Assembly: GCA_018401295.1 (NCBI GenBank)
Contig: JAGYLJ010000001.1
Coordinates: forward strand, 27,901-91,900
DNA: 64,000 nt
Direction: 5' to 3'
Origin: a bacterium
GTDB lineage: Bacteria; Patescibacteriota; Minisyncoccia; Phycocordibacterales; UBA12079
Shown here piece by piece: positions 36,550-45,273 of this stretch. The notes below the pieces were generated by a model that saw only the letters and a list, made by a program, of their open reading frames with translations, made no database searches and had not been told where the DNA came from. Position numbers and translations under genes: made by a program. Position 1 is the first letter of the stretch; each line of letters starts with the position of its first letter.

Positions 36550-37293
36550 ATGAAGTACGGCGATACCTTTTTGCTTGGGGAACATTTACTTGTTTACGGA
36601 AGTGCGACTGATGAAGAATTAATAAGGAAAGTTCTGAAAGATAAAAAAATTAACGCAACGATTTGTGATCCCCCTTACGGGGTAAGTTATGTTGCAAGTA
36701 AAGAAAATTTCCAAACTTTAGCTAAAAGAAAACATATTGTTGGTGATGAAATTACTTCAGATAGTGAGTATATAGAATTCAGTAAAAAATGGTTAAGTCC
36801 TGTTATTCCATTCTTGAGTAAAGATAACTCAGTGTATATCTTCAATTCAGACAAGATGATATTTGCTCTACGAACAGCAATGCTGGAATTAGGTTTTAAA
36901 TTTTCTCAATTACTAATTTGGGTAAAAGACCGTGCTGTAATTGGAAGATTAGATTATTTACCTCAACATGAGTTAATTGCTTATGGTTGGTATGGAAGAC
37001 ATCATTTCAGAAAATCAAAAAGTAAATCGGTTTTAGTTTTTCCGAAACCAAACAGGAGCAGACTTCATCCGACGATGAAACCTGTCGGGTTACTTAGACA
37101 TATCATTCTAAATTCAACGAAAATTAACGAAACGGTATATGACCCATTTGCTGGTAGCGGAACAACTTTGATTGCTTGTGAGCATACCAAAAGAAAAGCG
37201 ATCGTTATTGAATTAGATAAGGAATATTGCAGAACAATAATTAAAAGATGGGAAATATTATCAGGTAATAAAGCAGAAAAATATGAGAACTAA
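36550..37293 (+). CDS. N4/N6 DNA methyltransferase
   Basis: 'ICDPPYG', 'HPTMKPVGL' and 'YDPFAGSGTT'. ATG at 36550 sits just after the upstream stop. Confidence 0.8.
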   Translation: MKYGDTFLLGEHLLVYGSATDEELIRKVLKDKKINATICDPPYGVSYVASKENFQTLAKRKHIVGDEITSDSEYIEFSKKWLSPVIPFLSKDNSVYIFNSDKMIFALRTAMLELGFKFSQLLIWVKDRAVIGRLDYLPQHELIAYGWYGRHHFRKSKSKSVLVFPKPNRSRLHPTMKPVGLLRHIILNSTKINETVYDPFAGSGTTLIACEHTKRKAIVIELDKEYCRTIIKRWEILSGNKAEKYEN

Positions 37294-37696
37294 ACAAGAA
37301 AGAGAAATATTGTTGAAACAGTTAGGAAAAACACCTGTAATTCAAATCGCTTGCGAAAAATCAAGTGTTCCTAGGTCAACATATTACAGATGGAGACAGT
37401 CGAGTAAAAAATTCAAAGAAGATTCTGATAAGGCATTAAGTGAAGGAAAGAAAATGGTTAACGATCTTGCAGAGTCTCAACTTATAACAGCTATTAAAGA
37501 TAGGAATTTCCAAGCAATTAAATTTTGGTTAACAAGTCATCATAAAGACTACAATAACAAATTGGAAATTACTCACAATGATAGAAATAAAGAATTATCT
37601 GAATCTCAAAAAGAACTTATTAAAAAAGCTCTTGAGCTAACTTCTGCTCATAAAAAACCAGAAATAAAAGAAAAACATGAGGACAACAGAGAATAA
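37283..37696 (+). CDS. HTH protein, terminase small-subunit-like
   Basis: 'IACEKSSVPRSTYYRWRQ' is an HTH. Sits directly upstream of TerL and overlaps it. Confidence 0.5.
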   Translation: MRTKQEREILLKQLGKTPVIQIACEKSSVPRSTYYRWRQSSKKFKEDSDKALSEGKKMVNDLAESQLITAIKDRNFQAIKFWLTSHHKDYNNKLEITHNDRNKELSESQKELIKKALELTSAHKKPEIKEKHEDNRE

Positions 37697-39116
37697 GAAA
37701 ATCATAGAAAGTATTATTAACGATGCTGAAGTAAGAAAAAAAATAACAAAAGAAAGTCATGAATATTTTTTCTCAGTATATCTTAATAACTATATAAATT
37801 ATCCTAGTGCACCATTTCACGATGAAATGATACGAACTACTGAAAACGAAGATGAATTACTTTCGGTTATTGTGGCTTTTAGAGGGTCAGCAAAATCAAC
37901 TTTGTTTTCATTGTCTTACCCGATATGGGCGATCCTTGGGAAACAACAGAAAAAATTTGTGCTTATATTGTCTCAAACACAAATACAAGCAAGACAAATT
38001 TTATCTAATATAAAGACAGAATTAGAGAATAATAGTTTGCTTAAAAGTGATCTTGGTCCCTTTGAAGAACCTGATGACGAATGGAGATCAACATCTATTG
38101 TTTTGCCAAAATATGGAGCAAGGATAATGGTGGCTTCAACAGAACAAAGTATCAGAGGAATCAGACATAATAGTCACAGACCCGATTTGTTAATTTTTGA
38201 TGACATCGAAGATTTGTCATCAACAAGAACAATAGAAAGTAGGGATAAAACTTTTAGGTGGCTTTCAGGAGATGTCTTACCAGCAGGAGATATAAACACA
38301 AAAGTTGTTGTTATTGGAAATTTGGTGCATGAAGATTCAGTTATAATGAAATTAAAGAATAAAATTGAGAAAAAAGAAATAAGTGGAAATTTTTATTCTT
38401 ATCCGATTATAGATGATGATGGAAAAAGCATATGGCCTGGTAAGTTTCCAGATAAGAAGTCTTTACTTCAGGAAGAAAAGAGAGTGTTAAATCCTCAAGC
38501 TTGGTCTAGAGAATATTTATTAAAAATCATTCCAGAAGACGGACAAATAATCGAACTGGAATGGATCCAATATTATAATACTATGCCAAGCTTAAAATCT
38601 GATGATTATGTAGGAACTATAATTGCGATAGACCCAGCGTCTTCATTAAAACCAACGGCTGACTACACAGCCATGATTGCTGTAAGTGTATTTGATAAGG
38701 GAAAAGACCGAAAAATATATATTCATCGACAAATCATTAATGAAAGGATAACACCTCTTACAACTGCTAAAAAGGCAAAAGATTTACTAAATACCTTTGC
38801 TGTGGTTCATTCTACGAAGTTAATTGTTGAGGGAAACTGCTATCAAGTTTCACTTGCGGGGGTATTAGGACAGGAAGGGATGATTGTAGATGTTGTCTAT
38901 AGTCGATTCAGTAAAAAAGATCGTCTTATGGCTATCTCTAGTCCAATAGAAAGTGGTAGAGTTTTATTCCCTTTAAAGGGTGCAGAAAAACTTGTTGATC
39001 AACTTGTAAATTTTGGTAGTAGTCGACATGATGACTTAGCAGATGCTTTGGCTATGGCTATTCAAGCTACTGTAGAAATGAAAAAAGAAATGGAACCTGA
39101 AATATGGATTATTTAG
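37677..39116 (+). CDS. Phage terminase large subunit
   Basis: Deviant Walker A 'FRGSAKST', Walker B 'LLIFDDIED', RNaseH-like nuclease 'IIAIDPASS...ADYTAMI' and terminal 'HDDLADAL'. Confidence 0.75.
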   Translation: MRTTENKKIIESIINDAEVRKKITKESHEYFFSVYLNNYINYPSAPFHDEMIRTTENEDELLSVIVAFRGSAKSTLFSLSYPIWAILGKQQKKFVLILSQTQIQARQILSNIKTELENNSLLKSDLGPFEEPDDEWRSTSIVLPKYGARIMVASTEQSIRGIRHNSHRPDLLIFDDIEDLSSTRTIESRDKTFRWLSGDVLPAGDINTKVVVIGNLVHEDSVIMKLKNKIEKKEISGNFYSYPIIDDDGKSIWPGKFPDKKSLLQEEKRVLNPQAWSREYLLKIIPEDGQIIELEWIQYYNTMPSLKSDDYVGTIIAIDPASSLKPTADYTAMIAVSVFDKGKDRKIYIHRQIINERITPLTTAKKAKDLLNTFAVVHSTKLIVEGNCYQVSLAGVLGQEGMIVDVVYSRFSKKDRLMAISSPIESGRVLFPLKGAEKLVDQLVNFGSSRHDDLADALAMAIQATVEMKKEMEPEIWII

Positions 39117-39139
39117 GTAAAAGAAATTAGAATGTAGAC

Positions 39140-40894
39140 TTAATTAATAATTTCTTTTAGTTTTCTAACCAAGAGATTTTTCCTTTCAGAGATAAATTCT
39201 TCAAAATTATTGAATTCCAATATATTAGGAATCAGATGATTTTCGCAGAATTTTTCAATACTGATATTTTGTTTTTCACTTTCTTGTTTTGCCCAATCTT
39301 TAAGATTCGTCTGTTGTTTAGATTCATTTTCATTTGCATCCAAAAGTTGGAGATTAAGTATGCTATTGTTATTTTCTTTATCTAAATAAAATTCAAATTT
39401 ATCTTCGGGAATATTGTTATTGTCCAAATCAAGTTTTTTGAATGTTGAAATGGGATGTAAGTGGTCTTTATGGAAATCTCCATTTTTATAATCAAGATCA
39501 GGATAAAGTAATGATAGGATAGAAAATGACAGGTCAGTATCTTTTTGGATTTTTAATAGATTATTGATGTACTCATCATCAATGGTCATGTTTTTTGTGG
39601 TTCCTTTTAATTTTTCTTGGATTTTTTTAATCGGAAATAAATTGAGGTTTTCCTCAATAGGGTATTTGTTAATGTTATTAGTGAAAACACTTCTGATTAG
39701 TGACAATATTTGGTCTGCTTGTCCTCCAAATATTCTTTTTACTAGAGCAACATTTAACCATCTCTTGATAATTGTTCTATCTTCGGTAAATTCTACTTTT
39801 GACGTAAAGCCATCAGTAATATTTCTGTGGTATAAGTAATATATTATCGGCATTAAAGCATTTTTAGAAGTAAGATTTGAATCAACAAAACCGAAATCTC
39901 TAATTAGATCAAAAGTTTTATGTATTGCTTGGCTTATTTTATTCCACTCTTTCTCAAAATTTATTGCATTTTCCTTGCTAAAATTAGTTACCCTAAATTT
40001 GATATCTTTACTGTGCAATAAAAGAAAAGTTTTTAATATAAAATCTTTTTTTATGAAATAACCTTTATCTCTAATTTCATCAACTAGTTTATGGATCTCT
40101 TTTCTTGCATCTTTTTCCTCCCAATTTGCGACTGCTATCGACATCACAAGATCTGAAAAATTAAGTGGTTCTCCTCCGCTGTTAATTCTTATAAAAATAT
40201 TTGATGCTTTATCTATATCTTGTTCTTTTTCTAAAAAATAATTGATTATGGAATCAGAGTGAATTGTTTTTTGTAATTTAGAGAGCGTTTCGTAAGTAAA
40301 TTTATTGTTTTTATATTGATGTTCATCTAGAAACTCATTGAAACTTAGAATATCTCTAAATTTTAAAATTTGGTTAATCTTAAACCATTTGAGGGGATCG
40401 TCAGTATATTCATCTAATGTTAGAAATTTAAATTCATAGATTCTGCCATCCTCCTCATCTTCTAAGGGACTTTGAATATTTAAATAAAGATGGCGTGTGG
40501 GAAGAGCATGTTCTGTATCTTCTCTTCGAAATCTTGGTTTTTTGTAGGCATAACTACCTTTTAAACCTATATACAATGAAGTTAAACGCTGTTGTCCATC
40601 TAAAATAGCAGTAAAGTCAGGTAACCCCACTGTGTTAATTTCTTCGTTATGTGTTCTAAATCCTTCTCTGTATTCTTTTAAAAATTTATAAAATTTATAT
40701 GAATTTGTAGTATTTCCCTCAACCATCCAAAACAAAAAAGAGCTTATTGGGTAGTTTCTCATTATGGAATCAAAAAGCCACTCAATTTTACTGTGTTCCC
40801 ATTCAAACTCTCTTTGAATTGCAGGGAGTAAATATTTATTATTTTCTATATTTTTTATTGCCTCAAAAATTGTGATTGGTGTTTGAAATGACAT
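39140..40894 (-). CDS. DUF262/DUF1524 protein (GmrSD-like type IV restriction enzyme)
   Basis: N-terminal 'LLPAIQREFEWEHSKIEWLFDSI..YPISSFLFW' and 'ILDGQQRLTSL' (DUF262). C-terminal His-Me strip 'HKDHLHP.....N..LLDANENESK' (DUF1524). Confidence 0.8.
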   Translation of the reverse strand: MSFQTPITIFEAIKNIENNKYLLPAIQREFEWEHSKIEWLFDSIMRNYPISSFLFWMVEGNTTNSYKFYKFLKEYREGFRTHNEEINTVGLPDFTAILDGQQRLTSLYIGLKGSYAYKKPRFRREDTEHALPTRHLYLNIQSPLEDEEDGRIYEFKFLTLDEYTDDPLKWFKINQILKFRDILSFNEFLDEHQYKNNKFTYETLSKLQKTIHSDSIINYFLEKEQDIDKASNIFIRINSGGEPLNFSDLVMSIAVANWEEKDARKEIHKLVDEIRDKGYFIKKDFILKTFLLLHSKDIKFRVTNFSKENAINFEKEWNKISQAIHKTFDLIRDFGFVDSNLTSKNALMPIIYYLYHRNITDGFTSKVEFTEDRTIIKRWLNVALVKRIFGGQADQILSLIRSVFTNNINKYPIEENLNLFPIKKIQEKLKGTTKNMTIDDEYINNLLKIQKDTDLSFSILSLLYPDLDYKNGDFHKDHLHPISTFKKLDLDNNNIPEDKFEFYLDKENNNSILNLQLLDANENESKQQTNLKDWAKQESEKQNISIEKFCENHLIPNILEFNNFEEFISERKNLLVRKLKEIIN

Positions 40895-40993
40895 AATGAT
40901 ATTTTCATAGATTAAAGATTAAACACCCAAACTAAAAAAGGTCGAAATAATGACCTTAGATTTTGACAGGAATAAATTTTTTTCTCCATAATA

Positions 40994-41375
40994 TTCTAGC
41001 GGGTTTTAAAATGGAAGAAGTCTTTTGAATACCAAAAGGCTTCCCGCCATTGCGATGAACCGAAGCTCACCCATACAGATTTCTCCATATGACCCGCTAG
41101 AGTGACTTTGGACGAGAAGCCTTTTAGACTCTAGCGGGATTTTCACCATACCTTTTGAAATTCAAAAGGGTTAGGCTACTTATATTTAATTGTTAATGAA
41201 TATAATATCAAATATTCTGATATTATTCTATACCCTAACTTAAAGGAGGGAATTTGTGAAGCGATAGTTACCTACTTCTTACCAACTTATATAAATGCTG
41301 GACTTTAAAATTCATTGCGTCATTAATAGAGTTATGGAAAATGTTGCAATAAACCCGCTAGAAGTGACTTTGATT
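40994..41375. repeat. Nested inverted/direct repeats built on CTAGCGGG, running into the recombinase 5' end
   Basis: ttctagcgggttt 40994-41006 versus aaacccgctagaa 41351-41363. cccgctagagt 41093-41103 versus actctagcggg 41128-41138. acccgctagagtgactttg versus acccgctagaagtgactttg. Confidence 0.8.
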
Positions 41376-42674
41376 AGAGATACTATACAATCTCCAAAGT
41401 ACTGTTTATACGCCCGTAAATCAACAGAACAGGACGAATTACAAGCTCTTTCGATTGATTCTCAAATCAAAGAGATGACAGATATGGCGGTGAAAGAAGA
41501 GCTTGATATTGTTGAGATTAGAAAAGAAAGTCACTCAGCTAAAGATTCAGGGAGCAGACCTGTTTTTAATCAATTAATTGAAGATATAAAATTAGGAAAA
41601 TTTACGGGGATAATTTGTTGGGCACCTGATAGGTTGAGCAGAAATGCTGGAGATTTAGGACGGGTGGTAGATTTAATGGATCAAGGATTTTTGGTAGATA
41701 TCAGAACTCACGGACAAAGATTTACTAATAATCCAAATGAAAAGTTTTTGTTAATGATTTTAGGAAGTCAGGCAAAACTTGAAAATGATCATAAAGGAGA
41801 AAATGTAAAGAGAGGATTGAGAGCAAAATGTGAGCAAGGTTGGCGACCAGGAGTTTCTCCTGTTGGGTATATTCATGATAAGTATTTAGATAAAGGACAA
41901 AAGAAAGTATTTATTGATGAAGAAAAAGCCCCTGTCATTAAAGAAATGTTCGAAAAAGTGGCTTACGAAAAATATAGTGGGAGAGATGTTTATGTTTGGT
42001 TAGTAAAAGAAAAAGATTTCAGAACTAAAAATGATAAGAGATTAGCTTTGAGTAGAATTTATAAGATTTTCAGTGACACATATTATTATGGTGAGTTTGA
42101 ATATCCTGTGGGAAGTGAAAATTGGTATCAAGGTAAACATGATCCAATCATAACAAAAGAGTTATTTTTGAAAGCCAAAGCAAATTTACAAACTCCACCT
42201 AAACGATACCCTGGAACTAAAGAATTTGATTTTACTCAATTAATGTTTTGTGGAAATTGTGGTTCAGGAATATCTGCGGAAGAAAAATTTAAACATCAGA
42301 AGAATGGAAATACTCATCGTTATGTTTACTATCATTGTTCAAGAGGTAAAGATAGATTTTGTAAAGAGAAAGCTATAAGAGAGGAAGAACTCATTAAACA
42401 ATTAATTCAAATGATAGATAAAATAGATATTGATGAAATTAGTGCTCAAGGCAAAATTAAAAAAGAAGTTATGAGATTTAGAAAATTCAGTTATGGAGTA
42501 TTTGGACAAGAAACAGAATTTGATAAAAGACCAATCGAAGCAGATATTCGAAACTATGCAAAGTATATTCTTACAGATGGCACAAAAGACGATAAAAGAG
42601 AGTTGCTGGGGTGTTTAAGAAGTAGGTTGGAAATAAGAGAGAAGAGAGTGCTTTTGTCCCCAAACAATCAATAA
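41334..42674 (+). CDS. Large serine recombinase (resolvase catalytic domain + recombinase domain + zinc ribbon)
   Basis: 'YCLYARKSTEQDELQALSIDSQ' (catalytic Ser), 'WAPDRLSRN', 'KGENVKRGL' and Zn ribbon 'CGNCGS...YYHCS'. ATG at 41334 preferred to 41295. Confidence 0.85.
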   Translation: MENVAINPLEVTLIRDTIQSPKYCLYARKSTEQDELQALSIDSQIKEMTDMAVKEELDIVEIRKESHSAKDSGSRPVFNQLIEDIKLGKFTGIICWAPDRLSRNAGDLGRVVDLMDQGFLVDIRTHGQRFTNNPNEKFLLMILGSQAKLENDHKGENVKRGLRAKCEQGWRPGVSPVGYIHDKYLDKGQKKVFIDEEKAPVIKEMFEKVAYEKYSGRDVYVWLVKEKDFRTKNDKRLALSRIYKIFSDTYYYGEFEYPVGSENWYQGKHDPIITKELFLKAKANLQTPPKRYPGTKEFDFTQLMFCGNCGSGISAEEKFKHQKNGNTHRYVYYHCSRGKDRFCKEKAIREEELIKQLIQMIDKIDIDEISAQGKIKKEVMRFRKFSYGVFGQETEFDKRPIEADIRNYAKYILTDGTKDDKRELLGCLRSRLEIREKRVLLSPNNQ

Positions 42675-42736
42675 TACTGTTTTTAATAAATAGATAAAAT
42701 ACCATTATTTTATAACAATTTATATCAATATAACTT

Positions 42737-44482
42737 ATGTTAACCTATGAAGTATTGACTTTGTATTTAAGACGCGATAGAATGCTTATTAATAATATGA
42801 GAAAAGACATAAAAGCTAAATTAAAAGAAATGCCAGAACTGCTTACTATTGGGCAAGTAGCAGAGGTTTTTTCTATTCACCCCGACACCCTTAGAAATTG
42901 GGAAAAAGAAGGGATTTTAGTTCCAATGAGAGTTGGGACAAGAAAAGATAGAAAATACCGCCCACAAGACATTGAAGCGGTCATGGATAAAATGGGTAGC
43001 AAACTTACTCTTCCCCAACTAGAGCAATTTCTTTGGAAGAGTGCTGACATTCTTCGTGGAAAGATTGATGGTTCTGATTACAAAAAATATATTTTTGGAC
43101 TTTTATTTTTCAAAAGGATCAGTGATGTTTGGGATGAAGAATATGAAAAAATAAAAAAAGAATATGGAGATGAAAAAATTGCCAAAGCAGATTATAACCA
43201 CCGTTTTCAAGTTCCAAAAGAATGTCGTTGGTCTGTTATAGAAGAAAAGGCAGAAAACATCGGGCAAAAACTTAATGAAATTTTTGATAAATTGGCAAAC
43301 GCTAACAGTCCGAAGCTTGATAAAATTTTTAATGATTTAGATTTTGCTAACAAAGATCGTTTCCCTAATGAAACCACTCAAAGATTGATAAATCATTTTT
43401 CTCAATATAATTTCGGTGATACTTATATCAGTTCAGACCTGTTAGGTGATGCTTACGAATATCTTATCAAGCAATTCGCAGCCGATGCAGGAAAGAAAGG
43501 GGGTGAGTTTTATACTCCGCGAGAAGTTGAGCGAGTGATTATCCAAATTCTAAAACCTCACAAAAAAGACCATGTTTATGATCCTACTGCAGGATCAGGT
43601 GGTTTCTTACTTGAAGCTTTTCATTATCTAAAAGAAAAAGTAGATGAATCTATAGCTCGAACTCTTTATTTAAACGGACAAGAGTTAAATATAGGAACTT
43701 TTGCGATCGCAAAGATAAATATGTTTTTGCACGGATTAGATGGAGCGGATATCAGACGAGGCGATACTTTGGCGAATCCTCAATTTTTAAATCCAAATGG
43801 AAGTTTGCAAACTTTCGATATCGTAGTTGCAAATTTCCCTTACTCAATAAAAGAGTGGGAATATGAAATTTTTAAGTCTAATAAATATGGACGAATTGAT
43901 GGTTATGAAATGCCACCAAACAAAAATGCTGATTTTGCTTTTATTTTACATATTATAAAATCAATGAATTCAAATGGAAGGGCTGGTGTAGTTGTACCTC
44001 ATGGAGTACTTTTCAAAACAGATGCATCAAAAAGAATTCGTGAACAAATTTTAAAAAATGATTTAATTGAAGCTATTATCGGTATGCCATCAAAATTATT
44101 TTATGGAGTTGGTATCCCAGTAGTAATAATTATTTTCAATAAAAATAAACCAGAAGAAAGAAAAAATAAAGTTTTAATTATTAATGCTGAGAAAGATTAT
44201 TCAGAAGGAAAAAATCAAAATTCTCTACGAGTAAAAGATATTGAAAAGATAGTTAAAACATATGATAAATATGAAGATGTAGAAAATTATGCTCGTGTGG
44301 TTGATATAAAAGAAATCGAAGAAAACGATTTTAATCTAAATGTTAGCCGTTATATTGAAAATGGAGAAAAAGAAGAAAAAATTGATGTTTCTATTGTTAA
44401 AAAAGAATTAAATGAGTTAGAAAAAGAAAGAGAAAAAATTGATAAAAAAGTTGAGGGTTATTTAAAAGAATTAAAGTATTAA
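42737..44482 (+). CDS. hsdM: Type I R-M methyltransferase subunit HsdM with an in-frame N-terminal Xis/MerR-type HTH extension
   Basis: 'LPQLEQFLWKSADILRG', 'LLFFKRISD', 'GGEFYTPREV', 'VYDPTAGSGGFL' and 'VANFPYS'. Residues about 35-82, 'LLTIGQVAEVFSIHPDTLRNWEKEGIL', form the HTH. Confidence 0.9.
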   Translation: MLTYEVLTLYLRRDRMLINNMRKDIKAKLKEMPELLTIGQVAEVFSIHPDTLRNWEKEGILVPMRVGTRKDRKYRPQDIEAVMDKMGSKLTLPQLEQFLWKSADILRGKIDGSDYKKYIFGLLFFKRISDVWDEEYEKIKKEYGDEKIAKADYNHRFQVPKECRWSVIEEKAENIGQKLNEIFDKLANANSPKLDKIFNDLDFANKDRFPNETTQRLINHFSQYNFGDTYISSDLLGDAYEYLIKQFAADAGKKGGEFYTPREVERVIIQILKPHKKDHVYDPTAGSGGFLLEAFHYLKEKVDESIARTLYLNGQELNIGTFAIAKINMFLHGLDGADIRRGDTLANPQFLNPNGSLQTFDIVVANFPYSIKEWEYEIFKSNKYGRIDGYEMPPNKNADFAFILHIIKSMNSNGRAGVVVPHGVLFKTDASKRIREQILKNDLIEAIIGMPSKLFYGVGIPVVIIIFNKNKPEERKNKVLIINAEKDYSEGKNQNSLRVKDIEKIVKTYDKYEDVENYARVVDIKEIEENDFNLNVSRYIENGEKEEKIDVSIVKKELNELEKEREKIDKKVEGYLKELKY

Positions 44483-44483
44483 T

Positions 44484-45272
44484 ATGATATTTAATGTACA
44501 AAAAATAATAGAAAATCTTTCTTTAAAGTTTGGTTTTCGTTTTGAAAGAATAAATTCTTCTAATACAAAAAATGTAAATAAAATAAAAGAGTCTACTATT
44601 GGAAGCATTCAACAAGCTAATAACATTAACAATGATATGAGAAGTTTCGCTGGATCTGAAGATTATGTTTCTGATATTGAGCTTAATATTCTTAAAGAAC
44701 TTTACTTAATGTTTAGAGAGAGTAAAAAATATGTTCGTATACCAGTAATAGAAATGCACAATAAACTTGGTATTTCTGAGGGTGATTATGTGGGAACAGT
44801 AAATAATAGTAATTTTATTAATATTGATAATAATGATTATGTCATTAAGGAGGCCGGAATTAGGTTTATGGATAATTATGCTAGAAATAATAAACCAGAG
44901 ATAGATATTACTAGTTTAGCTCATTCTGGAAGTTATAGAGGACAAGAATTGACAGGTTTACGTTTAATAAATAACGGATCAGGTGTAGCAATTGGAATTG
45001 ATTGTTACCTTTGTGCCGATGATTTGGAAAGTATAAAGTTTGCAAGAGTAGAAAGACTTAGCCCAGGCGAAGAATCAAGAAACTCTTTAGGATTTAGATA
45101 CTCTGATACTTCGTTCTCCACACAGTCATTAGAAAACCTAAGAATTGTTTTTGAATATAAAAATCGAGATGGGTTTAAATTTACTTCGGGGAGATATTTG
45201 AGTCAAACGAAAAGAGCTGATGGAAATTATAATATAAATAATTCTCCTTTAGGTGTTTACTTTAAAATGTAA
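44484..45272 (+). CDS. Unknown protein embedded between hsdM and hsdS (P1)
   Basis: 262-aa ORF, 1 nt after the hsdM stop. Asn-rich N-terminus, beta-rich C-terminus. No recognisable motif. Confidence 0.5.
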   Translation: MIFNVQKIIENLSLKFGFRFERINSSNTKNVNKIKESTIGSIQQANNINNDMRSFAGSEDYVSDIELNILKELYLMFRESKKYVRIPVIEMHNKLGISEGDYVGTVNNSNFINIDNNDYVIKEAGIRFMDNYARNNKPEIDITSLAHSGSYRGQELTGLRLINNGSGVAIGIDCYLCADDLESIKFARVERLSPGEESRNSLGFRYSDTSFSTQSLENLRIVFEYKNRDGFKFTSGRYLSQTKRADGNYNINNSPLGVYFKM

Positions 45273-45273
45273 A

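Noticed and set aside
41006-41149. 47-aa minus-strand ORF (MVKIPLESKRLLVQSHSSGSYGEICMGELRFIAMAGSLLVFKRLLPF) inside the repeat spacer.
   Set aside because: It is below the track cutoff and has no spaced RBS, and it is made entirely of the inverted and direct repeats. I treat it as non-coding. Note, however, that its stop abuts the 13-bp inverted repeat, so inversion of the segment would place it in frame upstream of the recombinase body.
41251-41261. 11-mer aatttgtgaag preceded by GGAGG at both 41244..41261 and 53339..53361. It might be a second shared site at the ends of the putative recombinase cassette.
   Set aside because: An AT-rich 11-mer shared once within a 64-kb window is expected by chance. 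In both places it simply reads as an SD plus GTG followed by a 3- or 16-codon ORF. It was not used as evidence.
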